Notes under the pieces: generated by a model | Database searches by the model: none | Seen by the model: the letters and a program-made list of their open reading frames with translations, nothing else | Told to the model about the DNA's origin: nothing | From: an uncultured Deinococcales bacterium | GTDB taxonomy: Bacteria; Deinococcota; Deinococci; Deinococcales; JAAFIG01 | Reading direction: 5' to 3' | Assembly: GCA_964247135.1 (NCBI GenBank) | Contig: CAXTTL010000001.1 | Coordinates: 1-64,000, forward strand | DNA: 64,000 bases | Program-made: the position numbers and the translations under genes | Part shown: in pieces, positions 9,763 to 19,491 of the stretch | How positions within the stretch are numbered: position 1 is the stretch's first letter | Layout of the letters: each line of letters starts with the position of its first letter

Positions 9763-12033
9763 ATGAAAAAAAATTGGTTCTTTGGATTGTACCTCGCTTT
9801 GGCAGTGACTTTCGTTGCTTGTCCCACAGCGCCATCTTTTGGCATTAATGGACATTTTTACCCCGACCCAACCACGTTTGAAGCTTGCGTTTCGGGCAAA
9901 GTGGAATTCAAACCCGATGCCAATGTGAATTTAACTGGTGTTGAAATCGAGTATGACTTTGGCGACAACACGGGTTTGCTTCGCACCAGCAACACCCGTA
10001 TCAGTCACGTCTACACCAAAGCAGGGACGTACACGCCAAACCTCAAATTCTTTCAGGGCAGCAGCGACACGGCAATGAGCGCCAACGTGAACTACCAGCA
10101 GATCGTCGTATTAAGTTCCAAAAATTGCCCAGCCAATACCACCATCAACAGCGTCTCAGACTACCTTGTCAAACTCGATAATTCGGTCGGTGATGTCTCG
10201 AGTGTCGCCAAAAAAATCGCAAGCGAAGTTGGTGGCAGTGTTCTTTTTGAATACCACAACGCCATCAAAGGTTTTGCGGTGCAAATGAACAACAAGCAAG
10301 CCGCCAGCGTCGGCATCAACAGCAACGTAGATCAAATGCTGGTGGATTTTGAGCTACAAAGCACCAGCACGCAAACCCCAGTCGAAACCTGGGGACTTGA
10401 TCGTATTGACCAACGTGACTTGCCGTTAAGTGGCTCGTACAGTTACGACCAGAACGGCAGCAACGTCAATTTTTACGGCATTGATACGGGCATCCTGACC
10501 AGTCACAACGAATTTACGAGCAGGATCGGCAATGGTTTTGACGCGGTAAACGATGGCAGGGGACTCGAGGATTGCAATGGTCATGGTTCGCACACCAGCG
10601 CTACCGTTGGGGGCACACAGTACGGCGTTGCCAAAAAAGTCATCATTCACCCCGTGCGCGTCTTGGATTGCAGTGGCAGCGGCACGCTCGGCGCGGTGAT
10701 CGCGGGTGTGGACTGGGTGGCAGGTAACGCGATAAAACCAGCCGTGGTCAACATGTCACTGGGTGGTCAAGGACATGCCCCGTTGCTCGAGCAAGCCATC
10801 ACAAACACTGTGGCAAAAGGCATCACCTTCGTGGTTGCGGCAGGCAATGGGCAGGGCGATGATGCTTGCAATTACACCCCAGCTCGTCTTGGTGAAAACG
10901 GTACGACCATCACCGTAGGCGCGACGGACAACACCGACAAGCTCGCCAGTTTTAGCAACATCGGCAAATGCGTCAACATCTTCGCGCCTGGGGTCAACAT
11001 CCTTTCTGCATGGAAGAACTCGAGCAGCGACGCGAAAAGCATCAGTGGCACGAGCATGGCTGCCCCGCATGTGGCAGGGGCAGCCGCGTTGTACCTCTCG
11101 AGCAACCCAACAGCCACCCCAGCCCAAGTGCGCGATGCGCTGATTGCCAATGCGACGAATGGCAAAGTGATTGGCTTGGACAGCCTCAGTCCAAACAAAC
11201 TCTTGTTTGTCAGCGCCTCGAGTAGCGGCGGCGGCAATGTGTCGGTGACCATTGCACCAGGCGATCAAACCATGCAGGTCGGCGAGAAACGCAGTTTTGT
11301 GGCAAACGTCACAGGCTCGAGCAATACTGATGTTTCTTGGGAATACGGCAGTGGCGGCAGCGACTCGAGCGGCAACAATTTAACTTACACCGCCCCGACC
11401 ACACCAGGCGTGTACTACCTGAAAGCCACCAGTGTGGCAGACCAAAGCAAATCCGCCACCGTTCACATCACCGTGCAAAGTGCAGTATCAGGGGTCGGCG
11501 TGAGCATTGACCCGCGAACCGCCATTTTGCAATCTGGCGCGAAACAAGCTTTTACCGCCACCGTCACTGGCTCGAGCAACACCAGCATTCTCTGGGAGTA
11601 CAGCGGTGGCGGCACAAGTGGCAGCGGCAACACCGTAAACTTTACCGCGCCGAATACACCAGGCGTCTACACCCTCAAAGCCACCAGCGTGGCAGACCGC
11701 ACGAAGAGTGCCAGCGCCATCATCACGGTCACGAGTGCCCCCGCAACCCAGGTTCAGGTCACGATCACCCCAAGCCTCGCCAACCTGCACGGCGGCGAAA
11801 AACAAACCTTTATCGCCACTGTTACAGGTACGAGCAACACTGATATCAGTTGGAACTTTGGAGGGTTGCCCGCAGGCACAAAAGTGGTTCAGACCAGAAG
11901 CGCCCGTCAAAGTAACACCACCGAATTTACGGTTGTTGCCCCCACAAACGTCACCGACAACTACCAACTGACTGCCATAAGCCTCGCAGACCCCAGCAAA
12001 ACGGCGCAAGCCCTGATTCACATTGCGCCTTAA
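9763..12033 (+). CDS. Lipoprotein S8 serine protease (aqualysin/proteinase K-like) with PKD, I9 and Ig-like repeats
   Basis: Lipobox FVAC; YDFGD PKD; WGLDRIDQ, IDTG, NGHGSH, GTSMAAPHVAG; about three Ig-like repeats. Confidence 0.93.
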   Translation: MKKNWFFGLYLALAVTFVACPTAPSFGINGHFYPDPTTFEACVSGKVEFKPDANVNLTGVEIEYDFGDNTGLLRTSNTRISHVYTKAGTYTPNLKFFQGSSDTAMSANVNYQQIVVLSSKNCPANTTINSVSDYLVKLDNSVGDVSSVAKKIASEVGGSVLFEYHNAIKGFAVQMNNKQAASVGINSNVDQMLVDFELQSTSTQTPVETWGLDRIDQRDLPLSGSYSYDQNGSNVNFYGIDTGILTSHNEFTSRIGNGFDAVNDGRGLEDCNGHGSHTSATVGGTQYGVAKKVIIHPVRVLDCSGSGTLGAVIAGVDWVAGNAIKPAVVNMSLGGQGHAPLLEQAITNTVAKGITFVVAAGNGQGDDACNYTPARLGENGTTITVGATDNTDKLASFSNIGKCVNIFAPGVNILSAWKNSSSDAKSISGTSMAAPHVAGAAALYLSSNPTATPAQVRDALIANATNGKVIGLDSLSPNKLLFVSASSSGGGNVSVTIAPGDQTMQVGEKRSFVANVTGSSNTDVSWEYGSGGSDSSGNNLTYTAPTTPGVYYLKATSVADQSKSATVHITVQSAVSGVGVSIDPRTAILQSGAKQAFTATVTGSSNTSILWEYSGGGTSGSGNTVNFTAPNTPGVYTLKATSVADRTKSASAIITVTSAPATQVQVTITPSLANLHGGEKQTFIATVTGTSNTDISWNFGGLPAGTKVVQTRSARQSNTTEFTVVAPTNVTDNYQLTAISLADPSKTAQALIHIAP

Positions 12034-12104
12034 AAAAATGACGCTCAAGAAACGCAGGAGAAAATCTCTCTGCGTTTCGACCTGTTCAAACTCGAGGAGG
12101 GATT

Positions 12105-15100
12105 ATGAACAACTGGCAGTTTTTTCGATTGATGACGGTGGCAACCACACTCGCGGTGGCATTGGTTGCCTGCCCACCGACCCAACCCCCACCTTCGGAA
12201 GCCACGCTGAAAGGCAGTTTCCGAGCAGATTTAACCAACGTGAAAATGTGCCAAACCATCACGATCACACCCACCATCGAATTTGGTAGTTTGCTCTCGA
12301 GCCAGGTGGATTACAGTTACGATTTTGGCGATGGCAGTCCCGTTGAACGCACCGCCAACTTTGAAATATCGCATACCTACCTCGAAGCCAAAAATTACGT
12401 GGTCACTGCCAAAGCATTTATAGACAAGAAAACCACGGCTGCGCTCGAGCAACCCTTGTACATCAATGTCACCACCGACGCACCATGCACTTACATTGGC
12501 TCGATCAAAACAACCAGTGGCATGTCACAACGCGCCAAAGCTCGAGCCGCCAGCGATGTTGTCACTGCATCGGGGGGCGAAGTCGTTTCGGTTTACACCG
12601 AGTTGTTCACGGGATTTTCAGCCAAACTCACACCCACCTCCGCCGCCAAAATACGTGCCGACTCGAGCGTTCAAGACCTGCAACTCAGCCTGAGTGGAAG
12701 CACCACAGGTACGCAATCCGACCCGCAAATCCCGTGGGGACTGGATCGAATAGACCAAACCAGCTTGCCGCTGGATCAATCTTTTTCGTACACCACCACC
12801 GGCGCCGGCGTGGACGTTTACATTGTGGATACGGGCGTGCGAAGCACCCACAACGAATTTGCTGGCGGACGGGTCAAAGCTGGTTACAGCGTTTTTAAGA
12901 ACGACCCAAGCACCGATGACTGCAACGGACACGGCACGCACGTCGCGGGCATTGTCGCAGGATCAAACTCTGGCGTGGCAAAAGGCGCGACCATCATCCC
13001 AGTGCGGGCGCTGGATTGCGACGGTCATTTTGACCACGACGAACAAATCCTCGATGCCCTCGAATGGATTTTGAAAAACCGCAACCCAAACCACCCGAGC
13101 ATCATCAACCTGAGTTTAAGCCGTCAAACTCAAACTTATGGGCAAAAACTTTTTATGGATGAAGCCATCAAAAACCTCGAGACCAAAAACATTTTTGTGA
13201 TTGTGTCCGCTGGAAATGACAGCAACAGTTCGTGCTTGTACAGCCCCGCAAACGTTGGTGGCAACAGTTCCGTGATTACGGTCGGAGCCGTCAACCGTTT
13301 TGATGAACGCATGGCAGCCAGCAACGAAGGTCCTTGCACCAACATCTTCGCACCAGGCGAGAAAATCAAAAGCGCAGGCATCAGCGATGACAACAGTTCT
13401 GCGACCTTAAGCGGTACGAGCATGGCAGCCCCACACGTGACCGGAGCGCTCGCGTTGTATCTCGAGGCAAACCCGAATGCCACACCTGCCAGTGCCAAAA
13501 AAGCCTTGCTTGATGCCGCCAGCAAAAACGTGGTCAAAAACATTCGCTTTGGAGCGCCCGCCAATTTATTGTTTGTTGCACCAATCAATGCCAGCACGAT
13601 CAGTGTGGACGTACAGCCACGTACCATCACGCTCAAACCTGGAGAAAGCCAAACGTTTACCGCCACCGTCACGGGAAACAGCGACACCAGTGTGACCTGG
13701 GAATACGGCAGCGGCATCAATGCGGGCAGTGGCAGCAGCCTAAAATTCACCGCACCAAACACCGCAGGCGTGTACACCCTGATCGCCAAAAGCCTTGCCG
13801 ACCCAAGCAAAAGCGCCAGCGCCACCATCACGGTCAGTGCTGCCACCTCGAGCATCAACGACGTGAGCATCAGCCCCAATGCCCCAACCGTGGCGGGGGC
13901 TGCGACCCAAGATTTCACCGCTACCGTGACAGGAACGGGTGCTTTTAGCAGTGGTGTGACCTGGGCAATCGAAACTGGTGGTGGAAGCCTGAGTGCAACA
14001 AAAGGTGCAACCGTGACCTTCACTGCGCCAAGCGTCAGTGGTACAACTCGAGTTCGGGCAACCAGCGTACAAGACCCGAGCAAAAGTGGCACGGTCAACA
14101 TCACCATCAATGCCGCAAGTGCTGGCGCTGGCGTGAGTGTTGCGCCGAACAGCGTGAATTTACAGATTGGGCAGAGTCAAAACTTCAGTGCCACCGTAAC
14201 AGGTTTGTCCAATACGGATGTGACTTGGAGCGTGACCCCAACAGCAGGTGTGACGTTCTCGAGCAACGCCAGCAGTGCCGTGTTTTCTGGGACTATTCCA
14301 GGGGCATACACGTTGACGGCAACCAGTATCAGCGACAACAGCAAAAAAGGGATTTCAACTATTAACGTTTTGCCTGATGCCATTGTGACCCTGACCCCGA
14401 ATGCAGCACAAACCATCAATGCGGGTGTGCCACTCGAGGTGAGCGCAGTGGTAACAAATGCGGTAAACACCAATGTCACTTGGAATGTCAGCCCAACCAC
14501 AGGAGCGAGTTTGACCCCAAATGGCAACACGCTTTCGTTCACGGGGAATCTGGCTGGAACGTACACTCTGACTGCGACGAGCACCGCAAATCCGATCAAA
14601 ACCACGACCTTGAGTATCACGGTTCAAAGAACAATCAGCATTAGTCCAGCAAATCTCGAGACTTTTGTGGGGATTGAGCATACTTTCACAGCAAAACTTT
14701 TGGGGTTCAGCAATAGCGATGTGCTTTGGGGTGTTTCACCGCTTGACGGCGCAAGTTTTATCATTAACGGTACAACAACCAAATTTACAGCAAACCAGAC
14801 AGGCAGTTGGACAGTAACAGCAACCAGCGTTCAAGACCCCAGCAAGCAGGCTGCGGTTGTTATTCAAGTCGGAAACGATATTGCTGTTCGACACACCATC
14901 AATAAAATAAATCGAAATGTGCCTAAAATGTTTGAAGCCACGATCAGACCATCTTTGGGCGCGGTAAATTGGTCTGTTTCGCCAACCTCAAATACAACAC
15001 TGATCCCAAATGGGAATCAAGTCGAATTTTCAGCTTCACAATACGGGACTTATACACTGAAAGCGACCAGTAGCTTAGATTCCTCAAAATCAGATTTATT

Positions 15101-16142
15101 TCCAGTATTTGTGACTAGCCTGCAACGTGTTGCTGGCGGCTACGACCATTCTCTGGTTATTAAATCTAATGGATCACTGTTCGCATTTGGAATCAATACT
15201 TATGGAGCAATAGGAGATGGAAGTACAACAAGTCGATCTATTCCTGTAGAAGTGATGCAGGATGTCATCAGTGTCAGTGCCGGAAATGATCATTCACTTG
15301 CACTTAAAGCAGACGGAACATTGTGGGCATGGGGTTGGAATCTTGGTGGTCAACTTGGAGATGGAACAATTACAACTCGACTAACACCTGTAAAAATTAT
15401 GACCAATGTAATAAGTATTAGTGCAGGTCGCTATTACTCATTAGCACTTAAAACAGACGGAACTTTATGGTCTTTTGGGTCAAATGATCGTGGACAGCTT
15501 GGCGTTGGTACATTGGTTGATAGTTCAGTCCCAAAACAAATTATGACAAACGTCGTCGCCATGAGCGCTGGTTCGTATCACGGGTTTGCTTTGAAGGCAG
15601 ATGGAAACCTATGGAGTTGGGGCTGGGGTGGGTATGGTCAACTTGGGACGTTATTGCACTACGATACGCAGAGTCCTCTTCAAGTGATGAGCGGGGTTTC
15701 AAGCATGAGTGGTGGCTATGGGCATTCGATGGTGATCAAACCCGATGGGATACTACTCGCATTTGGATTGGGTGCTGCGGGGCAACTTGGTACAGGATCA
15801 TCATCTGACTACAATGACCCATCGCAATCAATGGTCGGAGTCGCAGATGTTAGTGCAGGTGTTGCACATACAACAGTGCTGAGAATGGATGGTACAGTAT
15901 GGACTTTTGGATACAATTTAAATGGTCAGTTAGGTGATGGCACTGTAGACGGACGTTACACCCCACTTCAAGTCATGTCCGAAGCTATCAGTGTTGTAAG
16001 TGGAGGAGCACATACACTTGTTGTCAAACCCAATGGGACGTTGTGGACATTTGGACGAAATGCGAGTGGTCAGCTTGGTGATGGCACATTTATTCAAAGA
16101 AATTTGCCCATTCAAGTCATGACGGGAGTCATGCTTCCCTAA
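12105..16142 (+). CDS. Lipoprotein S8 serine protease with PKD, multiple Ig-like repeats and a C-terminal RCC1 beta-propeller
   Basis: Lipobox LVAC; VDTG, HGTHVAG, GTSMAAPHV; RCC1 repeats such as SAGNDHSLALKADGTLWAWGWNLGGQLGDG. Confidence 0.93.
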   Translation: MNNWQFFRLMTVATTLAVALVACPPTQPPPSEATLKGSFRADLTNVKMCQTITITPTIEFGSLLSSQVDYSYDFGDGSPVERTANFEISHTYLEAKNYVVTAKAFIDKKTTAALEQPLYINVTTDAPCTYIGSIKTTSGMSQRAKARAASDVVTASGGEVVSVYTELFTGFSAKLTPTSAAKIRADSSVQDLQLSLSGSTTGTQSDPQIPWGLDRIDQTSLPLDQSFSYTTTGAGVDVYIVDTGVRSTHNEFAGGRVKAGYSVFKNDPSTDDCNGHGTHVAGIVAGSNSGVAKGATIIPVRALDCDGHFDHDEQILDALEWILKNRNPNHPSIINLSLSRQTQTYGQKLFMDEAIKNLETKNIFVIVSAGNDSNSSCLYSPANVGGNSSVITVGAVNRFDERMAASNEGPCTNIFAPGEKIKSAGISDDNSSATLSGTSMAAPHVTGALALYLEANPNATPASAKKALLDAASKNVVKNIRFGAPANLLFVAPINASTISVDVQPRTITLKPGESQTFTATVTGNSDTSVTWEYGSGINAGSGSSLKFTAPNTAGVYTLIAKSLADPSKSASATITVSAATSSINDVSISPNAPTVAGAATQDFTATVTGTGAFSSGVTWAIETGGGSLSATKGATVTFTAPSVSGTTRVRATSVQDPSKSGTVNITINAASAGAGVSVAPNSVNLQIGQSQNFSATVTGLSNTDVTWSVTPTAGVTFSSNASSAVFSGTIPGAYTLTATSISDNSKKGISTINVLPDAIVTLTPNAAQTINAGVPLEVSAVVTNAVNTNVTWNVSPTTGASLTPNGNTLSFTGNLAGTYTLTATSTANPIKTTTLSITVQRTISISPANLETFVGIEHTFTAKLLGFSNSDVLWGVSPLDGASFIINGTTTKFTANQTGSWTVTATSVQDPSKQAAVVIQVGNDIAVRHTINKINRNVPKMFEATIRPSLGAVNWSVSPTSNTTLIPNGNQVEFSASQYGTYTLKATSSLDSSKSDLFPVFVTSLQRVAGGYDHSLVIKSNGSLFAFGINTYGAIGDGSTTSRSIPVEVMQDVISVSAGNDHSLALKADGTLWAWGWNLGGQLGDGTITTRLTPVKIMTNVISISAGRYYSLALKTDGTLWSFGSNDRGQLGVGTLVDSSVPKQIMTNVVAMSAGSYHGFALKADGNLWSWGWGGYGQLGTLLHYDTQSPLQVMSGVSSMSGGYGHSMVIKPDGILLAFGLGAAGQLGTGSSSDYNDPSQSMVGVADVSAGVAHTTVLRMDGTVWTFGYNLNGQLGDGTVDGRYTPLQVMSEAISVVSGGAHTLVVKPNGTLWTFGRNASGQLGDGTFIQRNLPIQVMTGVMLP

Positions 16143-16424
16143 ACCAATCCTCGAGCCTCCCTCAACCCTTACAAACCCAAACGCCTTTCAATCCTCGAGC
16201 CTCAAAAACTCGAGGATTATTTTGCTTATGAAATACGTTTGAAACACGCCAGCGATACCCTTTGGTCACTCGAGGTTGTTCCCTCGCTCGAGCGGAAAGG
16301 ACAGGTAACATTTGGACTTTTTTTAATGGCGCAAAGTCGGTGATGTTCGGTTTCAAAAATTTAGTGAGCGCAGCGAACTCTTGGCGGACTACGCTGCGCC
16401 CTCGCCCCCGAATCAGGAGACTGT

Positions 16425-16577
16425 ATGAATTATACTGCTCGAAAGTTGGCTCGTGTGAGCCTTGCGCTGGCGTTGTTTTTGTTTGGTGTGGTTGCGGTTC
16501 AACGTGTGGCTTTGGTGCATTCCGCACCTGCGGTGTTGCTGGCAGATGATGGTTCAACAAAACCAACAGGTGGCTGA
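16425..16577 (+). CDS. Small secreted propeptide 1 (50 aa; absent from the ORF track): MNYTARKLARVSLALALFLFGVVAVQRVALVHSAPAVLLADDGSTKPTGG
   Basis: RBS aggaga; basic N-region plus hydrophobic core; intact paralog of 16744-16899. Confidence 0.85.
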   Translation: MNYTARKLARVSLALALFLFGVVAVQRVALVHSAPAVLLADDGSTKPTGG

Positions 16578-16645
16578 AATCAAAACTGGGTGTTGAAGAT
16601 GACTAACTATCCATCTGATTACTCATCTTGCGTTAGAATGTGTAG

Positions 16646-16724
16646 GTGGGGAAAACTCAAACTGTCCAGGATCAACAGTTCGGTTATGTGCTAGTTTTTC
16701 GACATGTAATCTGACGTTGCCCTG
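16646..16724 (+). pseudogene. Decayed 5' stub of the TPR regulator gene (duplicate of 16961-17038)
   Basis: Same upstream cgttagaatgtg; reads LKLSRINSSVMC*FFDM*SDVAL versus intact LKLTEVSGTAVRLFQNAQPEAAL, with a 1-nt insertion and two stops. Confidence 0.7.
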
Positions 16725-16743
16725 CCCCAAACAAGGAGATCGT

Positions 16744-16899
16744 ATGAATAATACTGCTCGAAAGTTGGTTCGTGTAAGCCTTGCGTTGGCTTTATTCTTG
16801 TTTGGTGTGATAGCTGTGCAACACTCAGTATTGGTGCATTCCGCGCCTGCGGTGTTGCTTGCAGATGATGGTGCAAAACCAGCAGGTGGTGGTGGCTAA
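16744..16899 (+). CDS. Small secreted propeptide 2 (51 aa): MNNTARKLVRVSLALALFLFGVIAVQHSVLVHSAPAVLLADDGAKPAGGGG
   Basis: RBS aggaga; signal-peptide-like; paralog of 16425-16577. Confidence 0.87.
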   Translation: MNNTARKLVRVSLALALFLFGVIAVQHSVLVHSAPAVLLADDGAKPAGGGG

Positions 16900-16908
16900 A
16901 CTCGAGTT

Positions 16909-16935
16909 GGGGTGGTGAATAACCACCCCTTTTTG
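16909..16935 (+). terminator. Intrinsic terminator after peptide 2
   Basis: ggggtggt-gaata-accacccc followed by a T-run. Confidence 0.75.
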
Positions 16936-16947
16936 AATATCTCACGT

Positions 16948-16953
16948 TAGAAT
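16948..16953 (+). promoter_or_regulatory. -10 box for a leaderless TPR regulator transcript
   Basis: TAGAAT 7 nt upstream of GTG 16961, no SD; conserved in the duplicate copy at about 16634. Confidence 0.6.
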
Positions 16954-16960
16954 GTGAATC

Positions 16961-18673
16961 GTGGGGGAACTCAAACTAACCGAGGTCAGCGGGACGGCAG
17001 TGCGTTTGTTTCAGAACGCGCAGCCCGAAGCTGCCCTCGAATGGTTTCAACGTGCTGCCAAGCTCGCGCAGAAATTCGCGGATTGGCAGCATTTGCGTGA
17101 AGCCTGGGATTCGATTCCCGAAACACAACGCCGTTCGAGCATGGATTGGGCGTGTGCGTATGCTAGGGTGCTGGCTGCCTGTGAAGAAGCAGACGCTTTA
17201 CTTGTTTGGACGGAAATAACAATCCCATTGTTCCCAAACGATTCTCGAGTGGATTTGTTGCTCGAAAAAAGTTATGCCTTGCTCATGCTCCGACGTTTCT
17301 CGGATGTATGTGCAATTCTCGAGCCACTTGTTGGGCTTCAAGGGAATGCCTTGGTGATGCAGCAAAAACGACTTCTGTGGGCAAAGTCTCAACTGCATTT
17401 GGATTGGTCGCTCGAGTTGGTGCAACTTCGGGCGGTGCTGTTCGATTGGCAAAACAACCAAATACCACAAGGCGTTCATGTCACGGGTTGGGCGATTGGT
17501 TTGGCGTTTATTGATGCTGGGTCTTGCTGTTACCAAGAGTTACGTGACACCGACGCTCGAGCCTGCTGGCGTGACGCCTTGCCGCTCGTTCAACATGACG
17601 CATATTCCGCTGCATGGTGTCATTACAATTTTGGCATCAGTTACCTCCGAGAGTTGCAACTCGAGAATGCCGAACATCACTTGCGGTTCGCACATCAACT
17701 GGTGTTGGATCACAAGAAAATCAAATCGCTTCAAACCCTGACGCTTCGAGGATTGGCGGCGTTGTACCGCGTTCATGGAGAATGGGATTTGGCACTTCAG
17801 AATTACCACGATGCGTTTAAAAAGGCTTCCGACGATGCCGACAGGGGTCAAGCCCTTCTTGGTCTTGGAAGGAATCTACGGCTCTCACAGCGCCCCCTGG
17901 AAGCCAAGCAACCGCTCTACCAATTCTTGGGTTTGAACATCAAAAATCCTTCCGAAGCCCACCTCGAGTTGGCAGCCGTGTACTTGCGGCTTGGCGATGT
18001 CATCGAAGCCAAACGCTGCCTTGCGCAAATCACCATGGTTTTTGGCGCTGACCGCGATCTGCTGCGAATCTTAAACGCCGAAATCGCCCGCCTCGAAGGA
18101 AATCCAAACGAAGTCCAACAACAACTTGAAGGTCTGAGCATGACCTCACGTTTGGCGCGGGAAGAAGCCACGCAATTTCCAGAACTCTGGTTGTTCTGCA
18201 AGTTGCTCTTCATGCCAGTCCCAGAAATCCTGCCCTTGCTGGGCAGAACCCAAGTTCGGGTTTTTGCTTGCGGGGTGCTGCGCGTCCTGGTCAACGGACG
18301 CGACATCAGCATCAACCCAAAAGCCAAGCACGCCCAACTGCTGGTGCGCCTGCTCGAGACTCCACAGCGCTCCGAAAGCATTGAACGCCTGATTGACACG
18401 CTTTACGACGACATGCCAAACAAAAAGAACAAAGACAACCTCGACAAACTGATGCTCGAGTTGCACGACAGACTCGGCTACAAAGGCAGCGTTCAAAAAC
18501 GCAAAGGGCAACTCTTGCTCGACCCGAACGCGATCTGGTGGTACGACGCAACCGAAGTCCGAAACCGTCGCCGCAAAGCCAATGCTTTTCTCGAGGGTGT
18601 CTACTCCGATTGGGTGCAAGAGATTGAACACGAATTGCTGGCGCTCGAGCCGTACCAAAGCGTCCTGAATTAA
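16961..18673 (+). CDS. TPR-repeat transcriptional regulator with C-terminal SARP-like winged helix / partial BTAD
   Basis: Helical TPR-like repeats (AWCHYNFGISY, LRGLAALYRVHGEWDLALQNY, ALLGLGRNLR); C-terminal VRVFACGVLRVLVNG...LLVRLL...LIDTLY...WWYDA...FLEGVYSDWV. Confidence 0.8.
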   Translation: MGELKLTEVSGTAVRLFQNAQPEAALEWFQRAAKLAQKFADWQHLREAWDSIPETQRRSSMDWACAYARVLAACEEADALLVWTEITIPLFPNDSRVDLLLEKSYALLMLRRFSDVCAILEPLVGLQGNALVMQQKRLLWAKSQLHLDWSLELVQLRAVLFDWQNNQIPQGVHVTGWAIGLAFIDAGSCCYQELRDTDARACWRDALPLVQHDAYSAAWCHYNFGISYLRELQLENAEHHLRFAHQLVLDHKKIKSLQTLTLRGLAALYRVHGEWDLALQNYHDAFKKASDDADRGQALLGLGRNLRLSQRPLEAKQPLYQFLGLNIKNPSEAHLELAAVYLRLGDVIEAKRCLAQITMVFGADRDLLRILNAEIARLEGNPNEVQQQLEGLSMTSRLAREEATQFPELWLFCKLLFMPVPEILPLLGRTQVRVFACGVLRVLVNGRDISINPKAKHAQLLVRLLETPQRSESIERLIDTLYDDMPNKKNKDNLDKLMLELHDRLGYKGSVQKRKGQLLLDPNAIWWYDATEVRNRRRKANAFLEGVYSDWVQEIEHELLALEPYQSVLN

Positions 18674-18919
18674 CGCGCAATAAACCTGAGCGAAGTACGC
18701 GCAGTGAAGCACGGCTCGAAGATTTCTCGAGCCGCGTTGCTAACTTTGCTCATGATTGACATTCTTGCTGGCTTTCAAACACGGCATTGGAACACCCGTG
18801 AAAGAGCTTTGAAATACGCCAATCGTATGGTCTGACCACTCGAGCAGAAATCGTAAATCTCGAGCGCAGGTGCTGGTATTTCGGTTCTCGCCTCTAGTGG
18901 AAATGAATCAGGAGAAGTC

Positions 18920-19408
18920 ATGAAAAAAATCTGGGGGATTTGGTTGCTCGTTTTGGTTTTGCTCAGCTCATGCGGGAACTTGACGTCGCAAACGGGTGGC
19001 GCAGGGAAAATCACCTTCAGCAACGCGACGGGTTTCAATGGCATTCTAACCGATTTGACTCTGGCAAGTACCAGCCGCCCCATAGGAGGTTTGTACGGCG
19101 GCAATTACGACGCTCAAAAAGGCGCACTTCGAGAACTGATTCTTGCCTTACCAGATCAGCAAGAAGGAGCGGTCTATACGATCACACCAGACAGTGCAGA
19201 TGGAGTGGTGTACACCGAAAATCCTGTACCGCCAACAACGATCAAAAAATGGCAATCAACCAGTGGGAGCATCAAAATTGTTCAATCCAACGCAAGCACG
19301 ATAAGCGTGGAACTGATAAACGTTACCTTGGTTCCAATACCTGATACCAACAATGCTGGTGTCGGCAGTGTCGTTATCAACGGCATGTTGAGTGGGAAAA
19401 CAAAATAG
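18920..19408 (+). CDS. Hypothetical lipoprotein
   Basis: RBS aggag; lipobox LSSC. Confidence 0.8.
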   Translation: MKKIWGIWLLVLVLLSSCGNLTSQTGGAGKITFSNATGFNGILTDLTLASTSRPIGGLYGGNYDAQKGALRELILALPDQQEGAVYTITPDSADGVVYTENPVPPTTIKKWQSTSGSIKIVQSNASTISVELINVTLVPIPDTNNAGVGSVVINGMLSGKTK

Positions 19409-19491
19409 TTTTCAGAACAGATTTTGTCTCGAGAATCAAAATCTATTTGCTTCCATACTGTCCAATTCAATTGCATTTTTAGGAGGAATGT

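Noticed and set aside
13600-15100. Diversity-generating retroelement or shufflon among the Ig-like repeats
   Set aside because: The repeats are ordinary diverged protein domains; no reverse transcriptase, invertase or adenine-specific TR/VR pair was seen
16162-16566. ORF-track calls 16162-16566(-), 16262-16549(+) and 16691-16945(-)
   Set aside because: Shadow frames of the duplicated peptide genes; they lack an RBS and their frames are not conserved between copies
16425-16899. Double-glycine bacteriocin/RiPP precursors or ubiquitin-like proteins
   Set aside because: GG is at the extreme C-terminus with no core peptide after it, the N-terminus is Sec-like, and no modifying enzymes, C39 transporter or E1-like gene is nearby
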